Origin: Octopus sinensis
Taxonomy: Eukaryota
NCBI RefSeq assembly: GCF_006345805.1
Contig: NC_043006.1
Span: forward strand, 9,982,001-10,046,000
Direction: 5' to 3'
DNA length: 64,000 bases
The translations under genes were made by a program, and so were the position numbers. Of the stretch, positions 41,388 through 53,199 are shown one piece after another. The notes beneath the pieces were generated by a model, which saw nothing but the letters and a program-made list of their open reading frames with translations, ran no database searches and was not told the origin of the DNA. Position 1 is the first letter of the stretch. Every line of letters begins with the position of its first letter.

Positions 41388-41908
41388 AAATATAAGGAAT
41401 GGCCATAAAAGGACATTCGACTCACTAGAAAGAGCAACCAAACTCAAACCGCTAATAGTTGCAATTCTGTAATTGAAAGAGAAATAAAAACTTTGACCCC
41501 TTCATCACGGACCAAGAATTTTTTGCTACCCTTGTATTTGTTAGTTGATGATTTTTTGGCTAGTTTTGAAGTTGAATCAGCAGTTTGTGTTTGCTGCTAA
41601 GAAGACCGCGCGATTGCGGTAGATTTTGAAAATTTATAGCATATAGTCTTGAGGCTTCCTTACAATCGCTTCGTGGATATATGTTCGTCCTTGGCTTCTC
41701 TGCTGACGAGGCACGCCAGTTGTAAATACATTTAATTTAATTTAATTAATTTGTCTACTAAGGTTTGCCGAAACTATGCATCGTCCAGAGATGAAGGGGT
41801 AAACGTTTTTATTTCTCTTTCAATTTCAGAATTGCAACTATTAGCGGTTTGAGTTTGGCTGCTCTTTCTATTGAGTCGAATATCCTATTATGGCCATTCC
41901 TTATATTT
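41388..41908. repeat. Inverted repeat, ~125-bp arms (41388-41512; 41783-41908)
   Basis: tataaggaatggccata...caaaccgctaatagttgcaattctg...ccccttcatc mirrored at right. Confidence 0.9.
41697..41791 (+). ncRNA. Canonical type I hammerhead ribozyme
   Basis: tctctg-CTGACGA-GGCA...TGCC-GAAA-CtATGCATcGT-C-cagaga: 6-bp stem I, G10.1-C11.1, near-palindromic stem III, GUC site at 41785. Confidence 0.82.
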
Positions 41909-41909
41909 T

Positions 41910-41980
<71 letters not shown>

Positions 41981-42040
41981 TATATTGGTAAAAACGGTAA
42001 GATAACAAAAGGAAGAAAGAGACCTCAATATTATGTGTCC

Positions 42041-42103
42041 AGATAACCGAAGAGATGGTGTTGTGGATTTCCACTTCGGCATCTGAAACTCAGAGTTTTA
42101 TCT
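42041..42103 (+). ncRNA. Type I hammerhead-like motif (U4->C in this copy)
   Basis: agataa-CCGAAGA-GATG...CATC-t-GAAA-CTC-A-GAGT-T-ttatct; 6-bp stem I. Confidence 0.55.
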
Positions 42104-42221
42104 TGACTATTGATTACTGTAACATATTATTTTATATATATATATATATATATAACGGGTAGCTTTATGAAAATAGACAAAAGACGAAGGCAGGTGGAAT
42201 ACAAACAAACAGTTGTATTAG

Positions 42222-42302
<81 letters not shown>

Positions 42303-42344
42303 TGTGTGTGTGTGCGTATATATTCAAATGTGTGCATAAGATTG

Positions 42345-42485
42345 TGCGTCTGTCTTGGTCCCCCAAACTTAGCGGTTCGGCAAAAGAGACCGATAGAATA
42401 AGTACTAGGCTTACAAAGAATAAGTCCTGGGGTCGATTTGCTCGACTAAAGGCGTTGCCCCAGCATGGCCACAATCAAATGACTG
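42345..42485 (+). mobile_element. SINE family 1, 3' half
   Basis: aacttagcggttcggcaaaagagaccgatagaataagtactagg...ccccagcatggccac. Confidence 0.85.
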
Positions 42486-42526
42486 ACACCACCTGTCTTT
42501 GTCTTTTGTTTTTTTGTAAACTCTCC

Positions 42527-42566
<40 letters not shown>

Positions 42567-43094
42567 TATACGACGTTTTTCACTGAAACAATATCGAGCA
42601 ACAAAAGTACATCTGACATCAATATTCTATTTGATTCTTCCTCTTCCTTACCCGCTACTAACACACTATTGCTAGTCTGTATTTTACGCTTCTTTCATAG
42701 AATCTATGTCTCTGTCTCTCTCTGGCTCTCTGTCTAAGTCTTTCTTTATATGTCTATCTATACCTCTATCTATCTCCTCTATTCTATCACATGCATTTAT
42801 ATACATACGTACAGAGATGTCTAAGGGCGCATGTTTGTGTATCAGTATAAGTGTACCTATGACGTGTATACTATTAAAATGGTATTTGATGATGCGATTC
42901 TCATTCAACATACAGTATTCCTGGAAGAGTGCCAGGATATTCACGGTGGTCATGCCTTTGATCTTAAATTGTCTCCACAAGGGGAGACCGACAGCAAATC
43001 CACAAACGAAACAGATATATACATACAAATTAAACGATTCTTAACTAGGTAGAAATAGAATCTAAATTGCCATAAATACATATAGTGTGTGTGT

Positions 43095-43135
<41 letters not shown>

Positions 43136-43509
43136 TGTGTGTGGTGTGTGTGTGTGAGTGTATGTGTTTGTGCTTGTGTGTGTATATATATTCTTTTCAA
43201 CGGAAAAAACTATCTCCAAATTCGAGGCAGAGCAATGGGTACGTGATTTGCTCCAATTTTCGCGAATTCAGTATTGGGATAATTGGAACAAAACCTATAT
43301 AAAATAAATTGAAGTAATCTACGGTGTGACATTTAGAAGACATATAGAGGACGCATAGAAAACAATTCCTCGATGTTTTTTATATTTTCTAATTTGGACC
43401 AAATCCCTACAAAATCAGGAAGAATTCAGCCCCCTCCTCAACAATCTATAGCCTAGTCTCAAATTCACAAGAGAAAGGTGCTACACACAATTACTATTTT
43501 CTAACATTG

Positions 43510-43800
43510 TTTTTCCTTCTCGAGCCACGCATGGCTCATAGTTTCCCGGTTTCGTTGGCGTATAGGTTGCCCACCTGGGCGGGACACCAGTCCGTCACAG
43601 GTGAGCTGCAAGATGCAGGAGGAAAGATTGAGAGAAAGTTGTGGCGAAAGAGTCAGCAGAACTTCGCCATTAACTTCCGCCGGAGCCGCGTGGAGCTTCG
43701 GTGTCTCCCTCATAGACACACACATCGGGCGGTCTGAGATTCGAACCCGCGATCCATCGACCGCGAGTCCGCTGCTCTAACCACTAGGCCATGTGCCTGC
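43510..43800 (-). mobile_element. tRNA-derived SINE family 5 (head shared with family 3, different tail)
   Basis: Reverse complement ggcacatggcctagtggttagagcagcggactcgcgg...ggttcgaatctc; shares gctccacgcggctccgg and aactttctctc with family 3, then diverges. Confidence 0.82.
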
Positions 43801-43869
43801 ACATTTCGTACCATAATGGTAATTAAAATCAACACCAGAATCATAACTGATATTTATTACAAAAATTTT

Positions 43870-44379
43870 AGATACACATCAGTACCTACATTTCAAATCA
43901 TGCCACGCAACACACACAAAATGAAATATCCCGTACTGTCGACACAGGAAAATTTTTACGATAATAGATGATCGACTTTCTACTATAGTAAATGATCCAA
44001 ATACCCTCTCCTAATTATAGACAATAGCATACAACGAGCAAAACAGATTCTTATAGAACAACTTACAGGAACACGAGAAAGACGAATCCCTCAACGGAAC
44101 ACAATGTCATTTTTAGTAACACATAACCGACATTACTAAAGCATTTTAAACATCACGAAAAAAAATTTGCCAATCATGAAACAAAGTGAAAAATTTCAAA
44201 AACATAACTAATAGGAGCAGGAATGGTTGCGTGGTAAGAAACTTGCCTCCCAACCTCATGGTTCCGGGTTCATTCCCATGCTTCGCAACTTGGGCAAGTG
44301 TCTCCCACTATAACCTCGGACCCACGAAAGCGTTGTGAGTGGATTTGGTAGACAGAAACTAAAAGAAGCCCTTCGTGTA

Positions 44380-44411
<32 letters not shown>

Positions 44412-44420
44412 CATATATTG

Positions 44421-44455
<35 letters not shown>

Positions 44456-44459
44456 GTGT

Positions 44460-44493
<34 letters not shown>

Positions 44494-45230
44494 TGTGTGT
44501 GTGTATTTATTTATTGTTTGTGTCTATGTTTGTATAGCCACCATCACTTGACAAACGATGATGGCGTGTTTACGTCACCGTAACTTACCGGTTCGACAAA
44601 AAAAAACGATAAAATAAGTACTAGGCGTACAAACAATAAGTCTTGAGGTCGATATTTTCTACTAAAGGTGGTGCTCTAGTATGGCCGCAGACAAACGACT
44701 GAAACAAGTAAAAGAATAAAAAAATAAAAGAACCAAACACTTATCTTAAGCCAGAAGCAAACACGTAATCTATAAAAACCAACAACAAAGGCAAAATCCA
44801 ACAGGAACAAACAGGAGAAATTAATTACAGTATTCAAGTGTAATTATAACAAATGTGGAACGTGTGCATACTTGCATACTGGTAGATCCGTAAGAAGAAA
44901 AAAATTAACAGATTTTCACAAATGCAGAAAAACTGCAAAAGCAGAAATTTGATTTCATTTCCTACAGAAATTTGATTTCCTTAATTGCGAGTAACTATAT
45001 ATGGCAAGATAGGGAATGCCTTATCGGAACGCTTACAAGTCCACAGATAACAGATCTGGAACACTAATGTTCGCCAAATTCCATTGAGTGAACATATAGA
45101 AATATATGATCAGAAAAATGTTTCTAATTTTTCCTTTCCACATACTACATAACACAAGTACGGTTGGAAGAAAGATAAAAGAAAAACGTTTCTCCTAAAA
45201 TGTTCAAACCTGTTCTGAATGGAAATAACA
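43870..45230 (+). pseudogene. Decayed PLE (RT thumb plus GIY-YIG), interrupted by SINE
   Basis: DTHQYLHFKSCH..NIPY, FKCNYNKCGTC, YI.K.GNALSERLQVHR.QI..., collinear with 47359-48250. Confidence 0.75.
44214..44730 (+). mobile_element. SINE family 1, full length
   Basis: Head, internal (TA)n(TG)n, and tail ggtggtgctctagtatggccgcag...gactgaaacaagtaaaagaata. Confidence 0.85.
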
Positions 45231-45659
45231 ACAATAATATAACACCCAGTTAATGATGTGGAATAAAAAAAAATACCTTCAATATATTATAATATACAAA
45301 TTATAGAAGACTCCCAACGATTGAAATAAAACAATCGAAACCAACTAAGTTTGCTTACACATAATACCATTACATGTAAATCGCAAGCCGATGGGTTGAA
45401 ATAAAAATGGAGTCTATGCCAGTAATGTCGGTGCGCCCGCAAACCGTGGCGCTTAAGTTTCATACTGATTGGTCAAAATCATATTACAAAAATTCAATTA
45501 GTTGGAGTCTTTGAAAAGGGATAAAAAGGAAGAATTTGATGATCATTATTTTTTTTTTTTTGTTTAACACACTTCAGTAACTTTATGTGCTAACTTTATT
45601 CAGTTGATATATTTTTCTATACGCATTTACACAAATATACATATATATATATATATATA

Positions 45660-46298
45660 TACTATTAAAAGGGATGTAGCCTTTTTCTCTACAGAAGAAA
45701 ACTCCATCAGGAATTGTGGCAGTATATTAAAAGAACCTTTACGGTTAAAAATTATAAATATCTTATAAGCAAGGGCTACAGAAAGTTATTCTAAAGCCAA
45801 TATACTTATATTTATAATGTTTAACCGTAAAGGTTCTTTTAATATACTGCCACAATTCCTGATGGAGTCTTTCTCTGTAGAGAAAAAGGCTACATTCCTT
45901 TTAATAGTAGTACACTAATTACTGCTTGCTGCAGGGGGATTTGTAACCACTACAATATGTGGCGGCGGCAAGTCAACAGGTTGTTCTGAGACTTAACCTG
46001 AGAACATATATTTTTGGATATAACGGGGTTACTCAGATGTGCTTTAGTTATTCGCTTCCGCTGTTTTCCATGGACACGTGTGAGTATCTCACTTATATTC
46101 TCACGTAAGCTTAACTGAAGACGAACGAACACTTATGGTGTTAATTCCGAAATTGATTCAATATTGAGATAACGAAATTTAAGTGTTCCAAAGGTATAGT
46201 TGCCCGAATTTCAGTTCAACTTTCTGTAGCAAGTGGATTAATCGTGGATTTCAGTATATTGGCTTTAGAAAAACTTTCGGTATCCCTTGCTTATAAGA
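45660..46298 (+). mobile_element. Retrozyme-like element: ~470-nt monomer plus inverted, circularly permuted partial copy
   Basis: 45660-45760 mirrors 45830-45910; 45768-45822 is the reverse complement of 46253-46298; HHR inside; (TA)n flanks. Confidence 0.75.
46110..46168 (+). ncRNA. Type I hammerhead ribozyme-like motif
   Basis: cttaa-CTGAAGA-c-gaa..aacac(ttatg)gtgtt..ttc-c-GAAA-TTGA-T-TCAAT-A-ttgag; stem III palindrome with 1-nt loop; stem II closing pair is C.C. Confidence 0.68.
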
Positions 46299-46310
46299 TA
46301 TATATATATA

Positions 46311-46432
46311 TGAGCGTAGGCTCGAAACGTAAAAGACTTGTTCTATTTCTATTCCTGAGCGCCTTACTAATACATTTGTTTGTTTGTACTCCACCTGCCT
46401 TCGTATTTTGTTTATTTTCGTAGACCTTCCCG
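46311..46432 (+). mobile_element. Family H1 repeat, 5'-truncated within the HHR
   Basis: gagcgtaggctcgaaacgtaaaagactt...ccacctgccttcg. Confidence 0.75.
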
Positions 46433-46451
46433 TTGTGTGTATATATATATA

Positions 46452-46489
<38 letters not shown>

Positions 46490-47358
46490 TATATATATAT
46501 TTAAAAAAAGGAGATGTCGAACACGAGTGATGATATATAAAAAAGAAATGAAGAAAATGCTGACAAATAATTGAAGTAATTTAAGTAATTTAATTAGGTG
46601 AAAGTTCTTTTTACCGGTTGCGCATTTGTTATGCTTATCAAAATATAAAAGAGAGATTAGAGTCTGTCTCTTATATGTGAAAAAAAGTGGCTCCAGAGTT
46701 GTTTTGGATTTGCTTGGTTTCGCGCCTAAAATTTTGATTGGTCATTATGAAGGGGTCACGTGAATGTTTGAATGGAAGTTGGTGTTGGGGTAAGAAAAAA
46801 GGCTCCAGAGAAGTTAAAATTTGGCTAGTGTCCCGCCTAAAATTTCTTATTGGCCATAATAAAGAGTCACGTGAATGTTTAGAATTTTCGAAAATAGTGT
46901 TGTTGAAAATTCTTATTGTTCAGGCTGGTCAGTAGACGTCATGTGGATATTTTAAATAGCTTTTTAGCGCGTAGTTAGGGAGTGTATTTTCCGCTTGACT
47001 GGATAAGTAAGTTCGTTTAGAACAGGAGAGCTGTATGTATGTATGTGTGTGCGCGCGCGCGCGTGTGTGTGTTTATATGTATGTTGGGGCGCGCGCGCGT
47101 GTATATATGTGTATGTGTGTGGGTACAATTTTCAATATTTATAGTTCTGCTGGCCTTGTGCCTGTATCGGGAAGCAACGTATTTGTGTGAAGTCAATATT
47201 TACAGCCATTTCCAAAAAATAGTGTTGGATGTTTTGCACTCGTATTCAATTATGTGTATGTGTGGAACCATATATTTGTGTGTGTCATGGTGTTAATATC
47301 TGGGTAAAGGTGTGTGTAGGGTGTGTGCAGGTGTAAGTGTGTTTGTTGTGGGTTCGTG

Positions 47359-48668
47359 TTAGGGGCATGTGTTTAGAAGTGGTCTGTATTTATTAATAAG
47401 GTGGGATTCCATGGTTATTCGCTGGGTATGAGTGGCATTGTCTTTAAATTTGTAGAGGGGAAAGATTCTAAAATTGGGATGGAGTTGTGCGGCACAGGTA
47501 TCAATATGTGCACTAAATGCTATTTTTCTATATTCCTGTATTTTTATTTGGGATCTGTGGACAGCCATGCGTTGGCGGAGGCTATTTTTTGTTTGGCCTA
47601 TGTAGTGTTCATTACAGCCCGAGCAAGTTAAGACATATACTAGGTTTTCTGATGCGCATGTGAAGTTGTGTTTTACTGTGAAACGTTGTCCTTGTTTAAA
47701 AAGGAATTCCGGACCTTCTATTAGGTTGATGCATATACCACAGTTGGGTCTATTGCATTTGTTTACTGTGGGTTTAGTTGTTGTGGTTGGCAGTACTTTG
47801 GCATTTGTTAGGATGGTTTTCAATGATTTGGGTTGCCTTTTGCTCTTTATGATTTCGTGTGTTAGGAGGATTTGGTTCATTCTATGGTCCTTTTGTAATA
47901 CAGGAATGTTCTAGAGGATGGTGTCAAAAGCTTCATTGTTGAGGGGGTTGTGTGTAGAGATGTATGGTAGAGTATGGGGTTTCGATGTAACAGGTTTAGG
48001 GCGCCTAAGTTCCTGCGTGCTGAGTTTTAGGGCGCGTTGGATCCCATTGTCAATTAGTGACGTGGGGTAATCCCTGCTTGTTAATGTGCCCTTGAGTTCT
48101 TGTAGACGTAAGAGACGGGTGTTTTTATTGGAGACTATAGTGCAAATTCTTTTGCTAAGTTGTAGGGAATGTTAATTTTAACGTGTCTAGGGTGGCATGA
48201 ATTGAAAGGAGGTATTGCTTGGAGTCTGTGGGCTTGTAGTATATGTCTGTTTCTATTTTTTTGTTGTGAATTTTAATGAGGATGTCGAGGAAGGGATTTG
48301 TTGAGGGCTGTATTCCATTGTGAAAATAATGTTTGTGTTGAGCCCATTTATAAGAGTGTGAAATTCGTTAAGCTTCTCGACGGTTTCGGGCCAAAGGATG
48401 AAGCAGTCATCAAGATATCTCTTCCAGTTCTTCTCTATGTGTGTGTGGAGAGTGGTGCCAAATTGGTTAAGAACGTTATTATAGAGGGTGATTTCCAGGT
48501 ATCCCATGACTAAGTTGGCATAAGTGGGAGCTGTTTTCGTTCCCATTGCCGTCCCTGATTTCTGTCTGTAGAATTTGTTGTTGAAGGTGAAGAAATTATT
48601 CTCTAAGATGAATTTGAGTCCTTCTAAAATAAATTCCTTTTTGATGCGGTGTGGGAGTTCGTTGGAGT
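47359..48668 (-). pseudogene. Penelope-like element RT plus GIY-YIG, 5'-truncated and frameshifted
   Basis: FYRQKSGTAMGTKTAPTYANLVMG, KRYLDDCFILW (RT); CNRPNCGIC, NLVYVLTCSGCNEHYIGQT, LRQRMAVHR (GIY-YIG); abuts (TA)n at 48669. Confidence 0.93.
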
Positions 48669-48674
48669 AATATA

Positions 48675-48772
<98 letters not shown>

Positions 48773-50165
48773 GGAAGAGAAATGCCTTCGTTTCACATAC
48801 ATATACATACGCACACACACACACATACACACACACATATATATACACATACATACATATAAAAAAAGCTATCAACTTATACTTTCTACTTGCTTCATTC
48901 ATTGGACTGCGCGCAATGTACAGAATAATCAAAAATATATAGTTCCTAATAATATGAAATACAGATATATAGATTATTTTTTTCTAATTTAAAGGAGATC
49001 CATGTATGTTGTACGTACATACACACACACACTCAGTCATACTCACAGACACACCCGCAAAGATATATGCACGTGTGCGCATATGTGTGTGATGATTCAA
49101 ACACATATGTTAATTACTGTATACATTGTATTTACAAAAAATGTACCCAGTATTATAGATTTAATCTTTGGAATGTATTTATACTTGTAAATTTCGTTCA
49201 ATATATATAAGTGTCAGGTATTAGGTGTTTATTTTAACATCATATTCGCTATTCGGCATTTTGTGTCAGGTGAGTTGATACAAGATCAATTTTACTAACG
49301 TTTATCTTATTTACGAATAAATATTTACGTGTGTAATCTATTTGTTTTTATTCAATACCTTTAGAATTGTTTACAATTTTCACAGATTTTTATTAAATTT
49401 TAAACTTATATAAGTGTTATGTTTGATTACGGAAATTAGATAAGTTTACAATATCGTGTTTAAAAAATAATTTCTTTATTTGCTTACTGTTTATGTGAAT
49501 TGTAGGAATGCAACCATATTAGTTTCGAATGTAGTAACGTTGCGAAGTAGTATTTGAAATATTTTGAATCTTGTACAATTGAAATATATATATAAATATA
49601 TGTATCAACTTAATCGTCTCGCATTTTAGGGGTCACCCCACAAAAGGCTGGTCCCATGCTGTACATACGGCATATGCTTACGTTCTAATATTATCACAAA
49701 TACCTATTCGTCTAATCTGTTTCATATGGAGGAAAAGTTCATTTTATACAAGGATATATGTATGTGTGTGTATGTATGTGTGTGTGTCTATGTGTGTGTG
49801 TCTATGTGTATGTGTGTATATGTGCGTGTGCGTATGCATACATGTTGTGGATTGGATATTTAAATGGTTAATATTTATTCACGAGCAAACATAGTGTAGT
49901 AATTCATTTATCCAACGGTGCTATAAAAAAACAAAATTGAAATTCAATAAAGTAATGAAGCGGCTCATTGGTTCGTATTTATTCTATATTTCAAATATCT
50001 ATAAATTTCTTTAGTAAACATCGTTACAATTTCAATTTTTAAATTTAGAAGTTAATTTCATTTGTGCAATTAAAATGTATGTTTAACATCATCTAAGCTC
50101 TTTGTAACTGACTAACAGAATAACAGAGATTCATTAATGCTTATATATATATACATACATATATA

Positions 50166-50224
<59 letters not shown>

Positions 50225-50248
50225 TTAAAAAATTATATACATATGCAC

Positions 50249-50288
<40 letters not shown>

Positions 50289-50289
50289 A

Positions 50290-50515
50290 CTTTATTTAAA
50301 GCAGCAGAAAATTCAACACAATCTGTTACTCTGAGTTTCTCGTTGCCGTTCATCAGACAGTTTTTGCTAGAAAAACTGTCTGATGAACGGCAACGAGAAA
50401 CTCAGAGTAACAGATTTTGTTGAATTTTCTGCTGCTTTAAATAAAGCATATTACTCTACCACTGGTATTTGAGTACTCTTTTTTCCACCTTGTTTCACAT
50501 TATGTGTTTACTCCG
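50290..50515 (+). mobile_element. Short HHR-bearing repeat with 157-bp palindrome
   Basis: 50290-50446 self-complementary with one mismatch; unique 3' tail to gtgtttactccgg; (TA)n flanks. Confidence 0.85.
50376..50413 (+). ncRNA. Minimal type I hammerhead-like motif (mirror copy 50323-50360 on minus)
   Basis: ctgt-CTGATGA-A-CG(gcaa)CG-A-GAAA-CTC-A-GAGT-A-acag. Confidence 0.68.
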
Positions 50516-50520
50516 GTATA

Positions 50521-50602
<82 letters not shown>

Positions 50603-50691
50603 TATATACATAAATATACATATATATATACACATATATATACGTATTCGTATGTATATATAATATATATATATATAATATATATATATAC

Positions 50692-50729
<38 letters not shown>

Positions 50730-51426
50730 CATATATATATCTAAACATAGATATACAAACATATATAATAGAAAATGCTGGAGTCAACAAGAAGTAGTAA
50801 CTTTGGACATTTAATTTTTGATGCTACAACTGTTTCCGTGCAGCTTAGTTCTCTAGGCATGCAGGTACTTGATTACACTACACTCTCCCTGCATTGTGAG
50901 ATCTAGTTGTGCTTCCGTAGGTGATGTGTAAATATTATCTCTGTAAGTTCAAATTCTCGACTCCAAGAACATCCACTCAGTCTGTCGTGGCTTGAGTTTA
51001 GTAATAGTTACTGAGTTTATGAAGGTTTGTTGATGCTGAATGACATTTGGTAAACTGCTTTGAATGTGTAGATGTAGTGGTCTAATGATTCTGATACTGT
51101 TAGAGTGGCTGCAGGTTTAAAATACAACTGCTGGATAGCACAGGCTAACTCTGAAGGTGGACGAGCTTTACACTGTACTCTACTACGTTCTTAAAAGAAT
51201 ATACCATAGCTCCCTTTAAATGTAAATATATTTATTAATAAATGTTTATGTGAGGGTGATAGTAGAAAGACGGATCTATCTTATCATGAGGGCAGTAATA
51301 TACAAAGAATTAGATTGAGAAGTGTAAATAAAGATTGGATGAATAACGTTGGTATAAGTTAGGAAGAAAATGGTTGGGATATAATTTCCGGTGTTCTAAC
51401 AAAGAAAATTTTGTACTTAAAACATT

Positions 51427-51813
51427 GTGTGGAAGCACTCCGTCGGTTACGACGATGAGGGTTCCGGTTGATCCGAATCAACGGAACAGCCTGCTCGTGA
51501 AATTAACGTGTAAGTGGCTGAGCACTCCACAGACACGTGCACCCTTAACGTAGTTCTCGGTGATATTCAACGTGACACAGAGAGTGACAAGGCCGGCCCC
51601 TTGAAATACACGTACATCAGAAACAGGAAGTAAGAGTGAGAGAAAGTTGTGGTGAAAGAGTACAGCAGGGATCACCACCATCCCCTGCCGGAGCCACGTG
51701 GAGCTTTTAGGTGTTTTCGCTCAATCAACACTCACAACGCCCGGTCTGGGAATCGAAACCGCGATCCTATGACCGCGAGTCCGCTGCCCTAACCACTGGG
51801 CCATTGCGCCTCC
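51427..51813 (-). mobile_element. SINE family 3
   Basis: Near-identical reverse complement of 20407-20799; probable TSD acttaaaa(c/t)att. Confidence 0.92.
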
Positions 51814-52410
51814 AACTTAAAATATTAGGTATATATAAAAAACGTCTACATTGTACTCACCGAATGCTAGAGAAAACTTTAAAACCGTGTTACAGGAAGA
51901 TGGATACAAATATAAGATAACATGAGCGGGGTAATGTATTCTACGATGTTTACTAGAAGTAGTACAATGAAAAACATTATACAGGTGTCATTTAAGATTA
52001 AATTGGTTAGGATATAATTTCCGGTGTTCTGAGAAAAAATAGTTGGTATTTAAAAACATTACTTATGTAAAGAAAAAACTGTGTTGAACTCACGAAATAC
52101 TAGAGAAATGAAAACCCGGTGTTATATTATTCTCGTGTGAACCAAAAATGAAATCAACATCGCGTTTTGTGCGTCTCGTTCTCAAAGGCAAGGAAAGAAT
52201 GATAAGCGTCTTCTTGAAGTGTTCAATTCATATTTACAAAAAGTTCAGAGTGGACGTTTTAGAAGAAACGAGCGCTACATCGGTTTATTAGCTGGTTGTG
52301 GGAAAGGAGAAACTCTAAGTGCAGGGAATAAAAAATTATCCGTTACTATGTATTATGTTCAAATATATAGAGATAGGTAGATAGAGTGATAAATAAATAT
52401 TATATATATA

Positions 52411-52461
<51 letters not shown>

Positions 52462-52463
<2 letters not shown>

Positions 52464-53146
52464 GAAGAAATAGCTATAACCCTTTGACTGCTATTTCTAA
52501 ATTCGGTATGTGGTAAGGCAACTCGTTGCTAAACCCTTATTGCTTAGTATTACTTAAATTTTCCTCGAATGAGGCTTTTACATGCCGAAGACTACTTGGT
52601 GTAATTGATAATTTTTCCAAATTAATTAATTTCACCCTTCATTATTACGGATAACCATATTTTATCTCAGTAGATGGCCACAGCATCTTGTTTTGGCTAC
52701 ACGCGGGTGGGAAGGGGCTGTTGACACAATCGTTTCATTCACAAATTGAATTCGGTGATACCAGTTGCGGATTCTAGCTCGCTCTGATACTGACTTGAGT
52801 TGGTGCCTTCTGGTATCTCAAAATTCAATATATAATCATTTATGATTATAGTATTCTACGCTGAAGAGAAAAGAAGTTTCGGTAAGATAGAATTATTTAA
52901 TATTTAATATTTAATTCTTATGCTTTCCTAAAAACTTGATTTCGAAACGTACGTCCGTGGATAACTAAAAAAATGTATGATAGATTGCAGTCAATTCATT
53001 CTCTCTTACCTGTTTGTGTCTGCCTTCCAAATGCTGTTTTTACTGAGATCTCCCTTTTTAGTAGAAGAAATAGCTATAACCCTTTGACTGCTATTTCTAA
53101 ATTCGGTATGTGGTAAGGCAACTCGTTGCTAAACCCTTATTGCTTA

Positions 53147-53150
<4 letters not shown>
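52462..53150 (+). mobile_element. Retrozyme-like element: 600-nt monomer with 89-nt direct terminal repeat
   Basis: 52462-52550 is identical to 53062-53150; canonical HHR inside; no ORF; microsatellite flanks. Confidence 0.8.
52858..52958 (+). ncRNA. Canonical type I hammerhead ribozyme
   Basis: acg-CTGAAGA-GAAA..aagttt...aaactt..TTTC-GAAA-CGTACGT-C-cgt; perfect ACGUACGU palindrome; GUC site at 52955. Confidence 0.85.
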
Positions 53151-53189
<39 letters not shown>

Positions 53190-53199
53190 ATATATATAA

